Shown: one piece after another, positions 17,319-25,902 of the stretch
Layout: each line of letters opens with the position of its first letter
How positions within the stretch are numbered: the stretch's first letter is position 1
Source: an uncultured Eubacterium sp.
GTDB lineage: Bacteria; Bacillota; Clostridia; Peptostreptococcales; Anaerovoracaceae
Length of the DNA: 64,000 bases
Direction of reading: 5' to 3'
Assembly: GCA_937900695.1 (NCBI GenBank)
Contig: CALCFD010000051.1
Coordinates: 1,953 to 65,952, forward strand
The notes under the pieces: generated by a model
Database searches by the model: none
Told to the model about the DNA's origin: nothing
What the model saw: the letters and a program-made list of their open reading frames with translations, nothing else
Program-made: the position numbers and the translations under genes

Positions 17319-17395
17319 GGGCGAGTAGCTTACGCGGTCGGAGCGCTGGTCTGAAAAACCAGAGGATGGTGGTTCGACACCACTCTCGCCCACCA
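17319..17395 (+). tRNA. tRNA-Phe (GAA)
   Basis: Acceptor gggcgag/ctcgccc, anticodon stem ctggt/accag, loop ctgaaaa, A73, CCA encoded. Confidence 0.65.
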
Positions 17396-17499
17396 GCCGA
17401 GAAATCGGCAAACTATCTTTTCTATTTTTTTACAAGACCCTCTATGGTTATAGAGTCTAGAGTTCGATTCTTTCTGCAATAGATAGAGGGTCGCTATAT

Positions 17500-17830
17500 G
17501 GGGATGCGTAGGTTCGACGGGGTAATGAGAAACTAGGATACACGGGTAGGCATACCGCCTTAAGGAGCAACAAAATTAAACGACAACGATTATTTTTCTA
17601 ATAACATCGCAGCTTGAGCATAGCTCGCTGTTTTAATCCCTTGGATTTCTCTATTTTCCTTTAATTAAATAGAGTGGTGGAGGCAGAGTACAACTGGTAC
17701 TGCTCTATGGTTATTAGTAGTTTCAGCTAAAACTCCATTTATAAAAGTTTAAAGTGAAACTATCGTGTAATAATATTCTAGTTATGTAGTTATTTCGGAC
17801 ACGGAGTGCGACTCTCCGTCATCTCCACCA
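17500..17830 (+). ncRNA. ssrA: tmRNA (SsrA) with tag-peptide reading frame
   Basis: 5' end ggggatgcgtaggttcgacgggg matches the tmRNA 5' consensus (GGGG..GGAUUCGACGGG). 3' end ggacacggagtgcgactctccgtcatctccacca forms a T-arm-like stem plus acceptor with G3-U70 and CCA. Internal frame gca aca aaa tta aac gac aac gat tat ttt tct aat aac atc gca gct tga at 17567-17617 encodes ATKLNDNDYFSNNIAA. Confidence 0.7.
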
Positions 17831-17916
17831 AGAGTTTCTTTCTTCTCTTAAAAAGAAAGTGGTGGATAATCGAAACCCAATTCGGCTCCATATATAACAT
17901 ATGTGGAGGAATTAAT

Positions 17917-18315
17917 ATGACAGAATTAGAAAGAGGATATTTGGCTGGCATTATTGATGGTGAGGGAAGTATTACTCTCACCAAGGATAAATAGTTTAGG
18001 TATCCAGTATTAGAAGTGTCTAGTACAACATCTCAAATTGTAGAATATCTTAAAGAGCATTTTGGAGGAGTTATTTCCAAGAAAAATGAGCGTAATCCAA
18101 AATGGAAACAGGCTTATATTTGGAAGATAGAGCGGAGAAAGGCTATTTCTTTGTTAGAAGAGATTGTCAGTTATCTTAATGAACCAAAGAAAAAAGCTAG
18201 AGCTTAGTTAATAATTAAAGACTATATACGCTTAACTCCTAGAAATGGGAGATATTCTGAAGAAATAAAATAGCAAAAACTTAAATTTGAAGAAGAATTT
18301 TTCAAGATAGAATAA
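17917..18315 (+). CDS. LAGLIDADG homing endonuclease (single-motif type), TAG-containing
   Basis: MTELERGYLAGIIDGEGSITL, with RBS ggagga. In-frame TAGs joined in the same frame as ORF 18016..18207. Confidence 0.7.
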
Positions 18316-18342
18316 TTTACATAACAAGAGGAAAGGAAGTTT

Positions 18343-18798
18343 ATGATGGAGATTGAAAGAAAGTGGATTCTTCAAAGAGTTCCAACAGAGTTTCGATTAG
18401 TTAGAAATGCTCAGGTAGAGCAATTCTACGTTTCAACAAGTCCTGAAGTGCGCTTGAGGCACAATCCCGCAAGCAACGAGCCTTTTAGAATTACAATTAA
18501 GGGCGAAGGAACTCTATCAAGAGAAGAGATTGAAACAAAGATTTCTGAAAACTTCTATAATCAAGTCAAAGAGTTCGTGAATAAAACTCCGATTAAGAAA
18601 GATTATTCTATCTTTAATTGCGGCGGGTATCCACTCGCGGTTTCTGTAGTAGACGATGGAGCTTTTATCTACGCAGAGGCCGAATTCGAATCGGAAGAGC
18701 AGGCCCGCGACTTCCAACTTCCTATTGATGATGCAATCGAAATAACTGAAAATACAGATTATAAGATGAAGAATTATTGGTTACGCACTCGTAACTAA
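18343..18798 (+). CDS. CYTH-domain protein (triphosphate tunnel metalloenzyme / CyaB-like)
   Basis: N-terminal MMEIERKWIL matches the CYTH E-x-E-x-K signature. 151 aa, no TAG. Confidence 0.5.
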   Translation: MMEIERKWILQRVPTEFRLVRNAQVEQFYVSTSPEVRLRHNPASNEPFRITIKGEGTLSREEIETKISENFYNQVKEFVNKTPIKKDYSIFNCGGYPLAVSVVDDGAFIYAEAEFESEEQARDFQLPIDDAIEITENTDYKMKNYWLRTRN

Positions 18799-18873
18799 AT
18801 TATAGGCTCATTCAGCAAATACCGCTTATTAAGCACCTAGCTGTTAACTGGGAAGAAAAAGAGCCTAGTATAT

Positions 18874-18950
18874 GCGCCAGTAGCATAATGGAAAGTGCAC
18901 AGGGCTACGGACCCTGGTTTGTGGGAGTTCGAATCTTCTCTGGCGTACCA
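18874..18950 (+). tRNA. tRNA-Arg (ACG)
   Basis: Acceptor gcgccag/ctggcgt, anticodon stem caggg/ccctg, loop ctacgga, CCA encoded. Confidence 0.6.
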
Positions 18951-18953
18951 TAT

Positions 18954-19047
18954 GCAGGAGTGGCCGAGCCTGGTTTATGGCGTCCGCCTAGAAAGCGGAA
19001 GACGGCAGCGATGTCGTCCGTGGGTTCAAATCCTACCTCCTGCGCCA
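18954..19047 (+). tRNA. tRNA-Ser-like, class II, anticodon read as AGA
   Basis: Acceptor gcaggag/ctcctgc, anticodon stem tccgc/gcgga, loop ctagaaa, long variable arm gacggcagcgatgtcgtc, G73, CCA encoded. Confidence 0.5.
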
Positions 19048-19050
19048 TAT

Positions 19051-19124
19051 AGAGGACGTAGTGTAACGGTAACACTCTCGCTTTGGGAGCGAGCATCGCG
19101 GTTCAAATCCGACGTCTTCTACCA
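19051..19124 (+). tRNA. tRNA-Pro (UGG), irregular T-stem
   Basis: Anticodon stem ctcgc/gcgag, loop tttggga. Acceptor register is ambiguous by one nt. Confidence 0.5.
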
Positions 19125-19324
19125 TCTCGCTTAAATAGCGAGAATATGTATCACTCCTTTCCTATACATATAAGACTCAATACAGCAAATAAATGTAACA
19201 ATACTTGTAAGTAACATCTGGCTAAGATATATTTCTTTTACAAGGGAAGTCAAGAAATATTAAGCTTTTAGACAAGCCCTTTTGAGTCTAGTTTTTTAAA
19301 ACTTTTGAAAATATTAAAAATAAA

Positions 19325-19366
19325 TGATATAATATTTATAGAAAGTTTGAGAAAGGAAGTTATGAA
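19325..19366 (+). promoter_or_regulatory. Conserved promoter/leader
   Basis: tgatataatatttatagaaagtttgagaaaggaagtt. Confidence 0.5.
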
Positions 19367-19561
19367 ATGAAAAATACTTATGTAGGTATGGGATGTTTTT
19401 ATCACGCAAATCCTTATGGTCTTGTAAAGACTATTTGCCGAGGCTTTGATTCTCAATCGGGAGATGCTATGATTGCCTATGTTCAGGTACAGAAAGGCGG
19501 ATATGCGGGTGATATTTTCTTTATGCCAGAAGAGGAGTTTAAAAATACTTTTCTCTCCTAA
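19367..19561 (+). CDS. Hypothetical small protein
   Basis: 64-aa ORF after the promoter/leader. Confidence 0.4.
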   Translation: MKNTYVGMGCFYHANPYGLVKTICRGFDSQSGDAMIAYVQVQKGGYAGDIFFMPEEEFKNTFLS

Positions 19562-19568
19562 TTAAAAT

Positions 19569-19646
19569 GCCGGAATAGTTTAACAGGTTAAAACACTCGG
19601 CTTACATCCGAGAGACGTCTGAGTTCAAGTCTCAGTTCCGGTACCA
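19569..19646 (+). tRNA. tRNA-Val (UAC)
   Basis: Acceptor gccggaa/ttccggt, anticodon stem ctcgg/ccgag, loop cttacat, T-arm ctgag-ttcaagt-ctcag, CCA encoded. Confidence 0.65.
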
Positions 19647-19651
19647 AATAA

Positions 19652-19708
19652 AGCATCTGAAATAAAAAATATTTCAGATGAACAATGGGAACTTATCTAA
19701 GTTCCCTA
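19652..19708 (+). terminator. Two consecutive hairpins (catctgaaata..tatttcagatg and gggaacttatctaagttccc), possibly terminator or processing signal
   Basis: Perfect inverted repeats between tRNA-Val and tRNA-Gln. Confidence 0.4.
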
Positions 19709-19711
19709 TAT

Positions 19712-19785
19712 AGCCCAGTCGTATAAAGGTAGTATAGCGGTCTTTGACACCGTTGAAGTTGGGTCGGTACCAACCTGGGCTGCCA
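19712..19785 (+). tRNA. tRNA-Gln (UUG) with non-canonical T-loop gtcggta
   Basis: Acceptor agcccag/ctgggct, anticodon stem gcggt/accgt, loop ctttgac, G73, CCA encoded. Confidence 0.55.
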
Positions 19786-19788
19786 TAT

Positions 19789-19862
19789 ACCGTCTTAGTC
19801 TAATGGCAAAACCTTCGGCTCTGACCCGAATGTTGGTGGTTCGAGTCCATCAGACGGTGCCA
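19789..19862 (+). tRNA. tRNA-Gln (CUG)
   Basis: Acceptor accgtct/agacggt, anticodon stem ttcgg/ccgaa, loop ctctgac, T-loop ttcgagt, G73, CCA encoded. Confidence 0.6.
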
Positions 19863-20110
19863 TACTCCTATAACCATCAGGGCTTTCTTAGTTGAAAGAC
19901 ATAACCCGCTTGTGGGTAAAACGCAAGCAGTCTTTAAATAGACGACACTCTGAGATGGCAGAGATATAGGAGAGTCAGGATGTAGGATTGAAAGCGTCCA
20001 CCATTTAAAGAGTGGCGGGTAGACCTGCAGGACTCGCCTTTGGCGTAGTAGCACACTGACAAGGTTCACGATTAACCTTACACAAAATCGTTTTTATAAT
20101 TTAATAAAGG

Positions 20111-20272
20111 AGGTAAGAATATGAGAGATTGTCCTTAGAACTGTACCGTTTGTGAGTTTGAAAATTCTTGCGATAGCGGTATGTATATGGATGGATGCAG
20201 ATTTTATCCTCCGATAAGAAGAGTATCCATTACAAAAGCAATTATCACTTCTTTGAAGGAACTATTTAAGTA
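20111..20272 (+). CDS. Hypothetical small Cys-rich protein with one in-frame TAG
   Basis: MRDCP-Q-NCTVCEF..; weak call. Confidence 0.3.
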
Positions 20273-20314
20273 ATAAACTTAAATAGTCCAGAGGCTTAAC
20301 AGCCAATTTTATAT

Positions 20315-20430
20315 GGGGAGTTAGCTCAGTTGGTAGAGCGCGTTATAGTTGGGTCTTGACAAAGACCATAACAGCAATCGTACTTTGCTTAGGGTGCACG
20401 ATGTCACAGGTTCGAGTCCTGTACTCCCCG
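20315..20430 (+). tRNA. Aberrant tRNA gene with ~40 nt of extra structured sequence between D-arm and T-arm; identity unresolved
   Basis: Canonical acceptor ggggagt/actcccc, D-arm tagctcagttggtagagc and T-arm acagg-ttcgagt-cctgt enclose 66 nt. These include a 33-nt hairpin gttat..ataac and a 17-nt hairpin agcaa-tcgtact-ttgct. Confidence 0.4.
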
Positions 20431-20484
20431 ATTCATTAAAGAAGAAAAATGAGAAGCATAACTCAGCATAAAAATGCGCAATAT

Positions 20485-20570
20485 GTCACTGTGGTGAAAG
20501 TGGTAAACACTGCGGTCTTAAAAACCGTTGAACTGAGTTCTTACGGGTTCGAGTCCCGTCAGTGACACCA
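20485..20570 (+). tRNA. tRNA-Leu (UAA), canonical class II
   Basis: Acceptor gtcactg/cagtgac, anticodon stem gcggt/accgt, loop cttaaaa, long variable arm, T-loop ttcgagt, A73, CCA encoded. Confidence 0.65.
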
Positions 20571-20778
20571 TTAAAGCAAGATAGAATAGAGTAATTAACT
20601 ATTCGACAAGGGTATAGCTCCTCCCTTCTTGCTTTTCTTAATTTAGGAGCTAATTAATAAGGAGCGTTTTAAAATGACTAGAGGGAGAAAATTTTAGTAT
20701 AATCCTGGAGATATTATTTCTCACTATGAGATGGTCCCGGCAAATAAACAATAGGAATAAAATCCAGCGCTTTTATAT

Positions 20779-20866
20779 GGGCCAGTAAACTGTTAAAGTA
20801 GGCAGTCCAGTCTGTAAAACTGGCGCTTTCGAGCTCGAGTGGGTGCGATTCCCTCCTGACCCACCA
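20779..20866 (+). tRNA. tRNA-Tyr (GUA), class II, atypical T-loop
   Basis: Acceptor gggccag/ctgaccc (one mismatch), anticodon stem ccagt/actgg, loop ctgtaaa, long variable arm, CCA encoded. Confidence 0.5.
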
Positions 20867-20895
20867 AATACAACAACAGGAAAGGAAGTAAAAAG

Positions 20896-22026
20896 ATGAA
20901 TATTGTAAATGCTGGCGCTCGCTATCAAGTTTATGGCGAAGATGTTCAGACATATAAAGAGCTTCCAGTTGCGACTTATACGATTGGCTATCATCCTCAA
21001 ATGGGATTTTGGCTAGTTAAACATACTAATCTTGAGATTAATGAAGAGCGTATTTATGGTTCTCATTCAAGACGAGTAGACAAGATTTTTAAATCTTTTG
21101 ATATTAGTGATAGAAACTTTGGAGTTATTCTTTCTGGAAAGAAAGGAATTGGTAAGTCTCTGCTTGCGCGTATGATTGCGGACCGGGCGATTGAGCGAGG
21201 TCTACCGGTCATTATAGTGGACACCGCAATTCCAGGTATCAGTAACTTCTTAGGTTCTGTTGACCAAGAAGTAGTTATTATCTTTGACGAGTTTGAAAAA
21301 ACTTTTGCTAGAATTGGTAGCGATAACCCCGATCCGCAAGTAGAAATGCTAAGCCTGTTTGATGGAACAGATAATGGTAAGAAACTTTTCATTATTACTT
21401 GTAATGATACCAGAAAATTAAATGAGTTTCTTATTAATCGCCCTGGTCGTTTCCACTATCATTTTGAGATTGGATGTCCTACAAGCCAAGAAGTAAGAGC
21501 TTATCTCGAAGATAAACTCGATGGAGATTATCAAGAGGAAATTGAAAAAGTAATCAAGCTTTCGCAGATGGCTGATATTACTTATGATAGTTTGCGCGCT
21601 ATTGCTTTTGATTTGCGGCAAGGCTACCCTCTAGAGGAGACTCTTCTTGATTTGAATATCAACTATGAGAGAGATACATATTTTGACATCACAGTTCGTC
21701 TTACTAATGGTTGGGCTTTAACCACATATAATAAAAAGATTGACCTTTATAGTAGAGAAGATGAAGTTGTCATCTTTTACAAGAATGACATTGGAGGTAG
21801 AATTTTCCTTCGCTTTAATCCTAATAAAATCCGACTAGTAAACAATGTTCTGACACTAAAAGGAATTGATGCTAGTGTTGATTGTGATTGGGACTGTTGG
21901 GATGGTAAAATGTCCGATGAAGAGGCAGAGAGAGAGCGAAAGAATTTCAACGATAATGTCAGAGTAGAGAGTGCGACTTTTACTAAAGTTATGACATATA
22001 ACGTCAGCAAATATGTTGATGTTTAA
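20896..22026 (+). CDS. AAA+ ATPase
   Basis: Walker A GKKGIGKS, Walker B IIFDEFEK, sensor motif NRPGRFHYHF. 376 aa, no TAG. Confidence 0.6.
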   Translation: MNIVNAGARYQVYGEDVQTYKELPVATYTIGYHPQMGFWLVKHTNLEINEERIYGSHSRRVDKIFKSFDISDRNFGVILSGKKGIGKSLLARMIADRAIERGLPVIIVDTAIPGISNFLGSVDQEVVIIFDEFEKTFARIGSDNPDPQVEMLSLFDGTDNGKKLFIITCNDTRKLNEFLINRPGRFHYHFEIGCPTSQEVRAYLEDKLDGDYQEEIEKVIKLSQMADITYDSLRAIAFDLRQGYPLEETLLDLNINYERDTYFDITVRLTNGWALTTYNKKIDLYSREDEVVIFYKNDIGGRIFLRFNPNKIRLVNNVLTLKGIDASVDCDWDCWDGKMSDEEAERERKNFNDNVRVESATFTKVMTYNVSKYVDV

Positions 22027-22027
22027 A

Positions 22028-22050
22028 TTTAAGGAGCGAAAGCTCCTTAA
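22028..22050 (+). terminator. Hairpin ggagcgaaagctcc after the AAA+ gene
   Basis: Short GC-rich stem-loop. Confidence 0.35.
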
Positions 22051-22052
22051 TA

Positions 22053-22128
22053 TAGCAGCTAGGGCAAGCGGTTAAGCCACGGCCTTCATACGGCTTGAGG
22101 ACTGAGTTCGACTCTCAGAGTTGCTACC
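22053..22128 (+). tRNA. tRNA-Met/Ile2 type (CAU)
   Basis: Acceptor agcagct/agttgct, D-arm ggcaagcggttaagcc, anticodon loop ttcatac, T-arm ctgag-ttcgact-ctcag, CCA encoded. Confidence 0.5.
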
Positions 22129-22215
22129 ATTCATCGTTGCAGCGGTGTTTATATATATTCTTATAAGTGTATATGTATATTGCCTTGAGGCTCTGCAAAG
22201 CTTCGGCACAAGCGT

Positions 22216-22250
22216 AGAGCGCTCCTTTTGGAGCGCTCTTTTTTTTTTAT
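22216..22250 (+). terminator. Strong rho-independent terminator
   Basis: agagcgctcc ttttgg agcgctct followed by a T10 run. Confidence 0.7.
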
Positions 22251-22387
22251 TCCTTGGGTAGTTTATATTAAACTTTCTATCTATAATCTTATTGTATAAA
22301 GAGAGAGAAAACAATAGGCTAAAGTAGTTAAATGAAAAATAACTAACTCTTATATAATGTGAGAGTTTTAAAGAAAGGAGAATAAGT

Positions 22388-22690
22388 ATGATTACTGTTG
22401 GTAAGAATATGGATAATAAAGCTATATATGGAACTGTAAAGTTCCTTTGTGATTACCAAAGTGATGTTGCTAATCTCCCTAATAACCGCAAACCAGGTAG
22501 TACGGCTTATGTAATTGAAAACGGCAATAGATATATTCTTAACTCTAATAAAGAGTGGGTATTGCAGCCTGCGGGCGGTGGTGGAGGCGTGTTACCTCCA
22601 GATGATACCACTATTATCTATGACGGTGGAGAAGTTACATTAGATGATCCCGTAGATACCATCGTATATGATGGTGGACTGATTGGTTAA
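22388..22690 (+). CDS. Tail-fibre module protein (Gly-rich C-terminus)
   Basis: 100-aa ORF with RBS aaaggagaataag. Confidence 0.4.
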   Translation: MITVGKNMDNKAIYGTVKFLCDYQSDVANLPNNRKPGSTAYVIENGNRYILNSNKEWVLQPAGGGGGVLPPDDTTIIYDGGEVTLDDPVDTIVYDGGLIG

Positions 22691-22702
22691 GGAGGGAGCA
22701 TT

Positions 22703-23065
22703 TTGGCTGAGGTAACTTATAAAACTATATTTCAATTAAAGCGAGGTACTCTTGAAGCTTGGAATACAGTTAATCCAATCTTGAGACAGGGTGAACCAGG
22801 TTTTGCTTATGATGCTAATATCTTGCGAATTGGCGACGGAACAAGAGCATGGAAGAATTTACCAGATATTGCGGGAGGCGAGTATTCAGTCTCCGCAGAT
22901 GGTGCTAGTGTAATTCTTACAGGTAGCGTATTATCGCTATATGGCTACGCTTCCGCAAGTGAAGGCCAAATTCCGCAAAAAGGAGCAAATGGCCTGGTAT
23001 GGATTGATAAAGATATTCCAATGACGGAAGAAGAAATTCTCGATACTTTATCATCAACTGAGTAA
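22703..23065 (+). CDS. Tail fibre N-terminal domain protein (KRGT..NP.L..GEPG..I.RIGDGT.AWKNLP motif)
   Basis: Motif typical of phage tail-fibre/hyaluronidase-like N-termini. Confidence 0.5.
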   Translation: MAEVTYKTIFQLKRGTLEAWNTVNPILRQGEPGFAYDANILRIGDGTRAWKNLPDIAGGEYSVSADGASVILTGSVLSLYGYASASEGQIPQKGANGLVWIDKDIPMTEEEILDTLSSTE

Positions 23066-23080
23066 AGGAGAGATTGATTC

Positions 23081-23643
23081 ATGGCAAAGGTTCTTGATCA
23101 AGCTGGTCTTTCTATTTTATGGAATAGAATTACAGATAAATTTAATAACTTGAGTTTGCGCAGGGATAATGATTACAATTATTTAAGTACATTTATTCCT
23201 AAAGATGGAGAAGTATGCTTTGTTGATACATCAAGAGATGGATTAAGAGTTAAAGTGGGCGACGGTGTTACTTAGTTTGGTTCTTTACAATATCTTGATG
23301 AATAGAATAATATAATCATAATTGGTTATTTTTATAATAATCAATTTTATTATGACTTAGAACACGTCAATGTAATGATTGGATCTACTAAAAAGATTTA
23401 TGTAGATAAACAAACAAGTGTACTTTATCTATATAATGGAACAGAATATATAGAGGTAACTCAATCTATTCCTATGGCAAACAGTTCTTAGGCCGGAACA
23501 TTAAAACTTTATTCTGTTCCAGGAAAGAATGAAGATGGTACAATGACTCAAAAAGTAATTACTGAATTACTCAATGAGAAAGCTGGAATCTCTCTTGATG
23601 AAACCTAGAATGAGGTTTTAATTTTTACAACTGTTGATTAAAA
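23081..23643 (+). CDS. Tail-fibre-associated protein, read through three in-frame TAGs
   Basis: The frame of ORF 23081..23275 continues to TAA about 23641 when TAG is sense. Confidence 0.45.
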
Positions 23644-23660
23644 ATGGAGGTAAATAATTT

Positions 23661-24938
23661 ATGGCTCAAACTTATACTAACACACCTGTTCTTTCTAAAG
23701 TAAAGATTGGCGAACAGACCTATTGGTTAAAAGACGCTGATGTACGTGCCATTCTTGATACTTTTGGAACTATTGTAACTTATAATGTTTCTACCAGCGC
23801 TCTTGATGTTAATGAGAGTATTCCTAATGCTGGTCAGATTAAAGCTTATTTAGAGTCTCAAATTCAGGGCTTGACTGGTGCTATGCACTTCGCTGGTGTA
23901 GTTACTCGTGAAGGAGAAGAGAACGACCTTGAAGCTCTTGCTAGAAAGTTCCCAGATGCAAAATCCGGCGACGTAGCCGTTATGCAGGATAACAAGAAAG
24001 AGTATGTTTATGATGGAACCACTTGGAGAGAGCTCGGTGATGAAGGTCTCTATTTAACTAAAGCTGATGCTGAAGCTACTTATGTTCCTAAGACTGCTAC
24101 TATTGCTGGCGTTGATCTCCAGGATAACATTGAAGCTAACGAATTAGAGACTGCTCTTGGTCTTGGTGATCTTGCTAAAAAGGATAGCGCTACTACTACT
24201 TTAACCGATTATGCTAATGGTATCACTGGAGCTTCTTATACTCCTGCTGGTACTGTAAGTGTAACCCTGTCTTAGACCGCTACTAAGGTAGCTTCCGCAG
24301 GTAAATTTACTCCTGCTGGCACCGTTGCAGGTAATGTGACTGCTACTGGTACAGTTGCTATTGCAGCAGATAATGAGAATGGCTTCCAAGTAACTGGCAC
24401 TGTTGCTGCTCCTACTGTTACCGTAACTCCTCAAACCGTTGAGATTAGAGGTATTACTGGAGTGGGTACTCTTCCAAGTTATACAGCGGCTCAGTATACT
24501 GCTCCTAGTGTGACTGAAAGCAAGAGCGCCTTTGCTACTGCTGGTATGGTTGCTGCTGTTGATGGTACTGATACTGAAATGCTCGTAATTAGTGCTGCTG
24601 GTACCGCTGAGGCTCTTACTTCTACTGGATTTAATGCTGGTAGCTTTACCGATGGTCAGTTCAGCACTGGTACTCTTCCAACAATGGCTGAACCTACTGC
24701 TGTAATGACTGGTGCTACTGCTAGCGCTAGCGCTCCTACATTTACTGGTGGTAAGATTGCTGCTACATTCACTGGTACTCAAGCTGCTATTAGCGCTACA
24801 TTTGCTGGTACAGAGGGTGATGTAAGCGTAAGTGGTAACTATGATAAGGCTGGAGTTCAGACTTCTACCTTCTCTGGTACTGAAGCTACTATTACTCCTA
24901 CTCTTAAAACTGGGAACAAGGAAGTTACTGTTCAGTAA
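23661..24938 (+). CDS. Tail fibre protein with Thr/Ala/Gly-rich repeats, one in-frame TAG about 24276
   Basis: ORFs 23661..24275 and 24336..24938 share a frame. N-terminus KIGEQTYWLKDADVRA is tail-fibre-like. Confidence 0.55.
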
Positions 24939-24969
24939 TTTCTAATATAGAATAAAGAAGGTGACGTGA

Positions 24970-25438
24970 GTGGCAGATCTTTCTAAAATTAAACTCGGTA
25001 GCACCACTTACTCACTTAAAGATACTGAGGCTAGAGCGGCTATCCAAGCTCTTTAGACTGCTGTAGCCTCTTCTTTAATTTTCAAAGGTGTTGTTTCCAG
25101 TGCTACTGATATTACCTCATTGATTAACTATGAAATAGGCTGGACTTATAAAGCATCTACCAATTTCACTATTGAAGGTTTAGGTAAAGTAGAAAGCGGA
25201 GATATGATAATATGTACATCTAGCTATAGCAATGCTTTCAATGCAACCGACTGGACAGTAGTATAGAATAATGTAGATGTAATGGAAGGCGCTTCTGATA
25301 GTTCTGGAGGCGTAAAAGGGCTTGTTCCAGCTCCCGTTCAAGGGGATAATAATAGGTTCCTTCGTGGCGATGGTACTTGGTAGTCTCCTAGTGTTGAATG
25401 GGGTCTATTTTCTGAGTTAATAATATAAGAATAAAGGC
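24970..25438 (+). CDS. Tail fibre-like protein (GTG start, MADLSKIKLGSTTYSLKDTEARA..), several in-frame TAGs
   Basis: RBS aaggtga. Coordinates within about 2 nt. Confidence 0.45.
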
Positions 25439-25442
25439 TCGT

Positions 25443-25478
25443 TTAGGCGAGCCTTTATTTTTTTTACCTGTTATATTG
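25443..25478 (+). terminator. Rho-independent terminator
   Basis: aaaggctcgtttaggcgagccttt followed by a T8 run. Confidence 0.65.
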
Positions 25479-25546
25479 GGAATTTGAAAAATCAAAAAAA
25501 TTATTATATAATATATATAGAAATTAAGGAAAAGGAGATTTTGAGT

Positions 25547-25879
25547 ATGTTCCCGATTGACAAATACCGGTTCTATCAGACTAAGAATAAGATGATTGCT
25601 GTTTCCACTTATGCAGGTAAGACTGTAAAGGGCGTTGCTAAGTGTGACCCCAATGATACTTTTTCTGTTGAGAAGGGTAAGGAGCTTGCGGCGGCCCGAT
25701 GCGCTCTAAAGATTGCTAATAAGCGTCTTAATCGTGCCATCCGCAAGGAGAATGAGGCTAACGATGCTTTCTATCAAGCTCGGTGTCATTTGGATAAGAT
25801 GACTACTTATGCTTCTGATGCTTGGGATGCCAAGTATGATGCTGAGGATTATCTTGCTGAAGTCCTCGCTGATATGTAA
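25547..25879 (+). CDS. Hypothetical protein (about 110 aa)
   Basis: ATG 25547 after the promoter/leader and aaggagat. Confidence 0.4.
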   Translation: MFPIDKYRFYQTKNKMIAVSTYAGKTVKGVAKCDPNDTFSVEKGKELAAARCALKIANKRLNRAIRKENEANDAFYQARCHLDKMTTYASDAWDAKYDAEDYLAEVLADM

Positions 25880-25902
25880 AGGAGCTTATGCTCCTTTTTT
25901 AT

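Noticed and set aside
17806-17916. 5' part of track ORF 17806..17994, and minus ORF 17790..17984
   Set aside because: It overlaps the tmRNA 3' end. The real LAGLIDADG gene starts at ATG 17917 after a GGAGGA RBS.
24201-24782. Ser-rich 193-aa minus-strand ORF inside the tail fibre gene
   Set aside because: It is the antisense reading of the Thr/Ala/Gly-repeat-coding plus strand.
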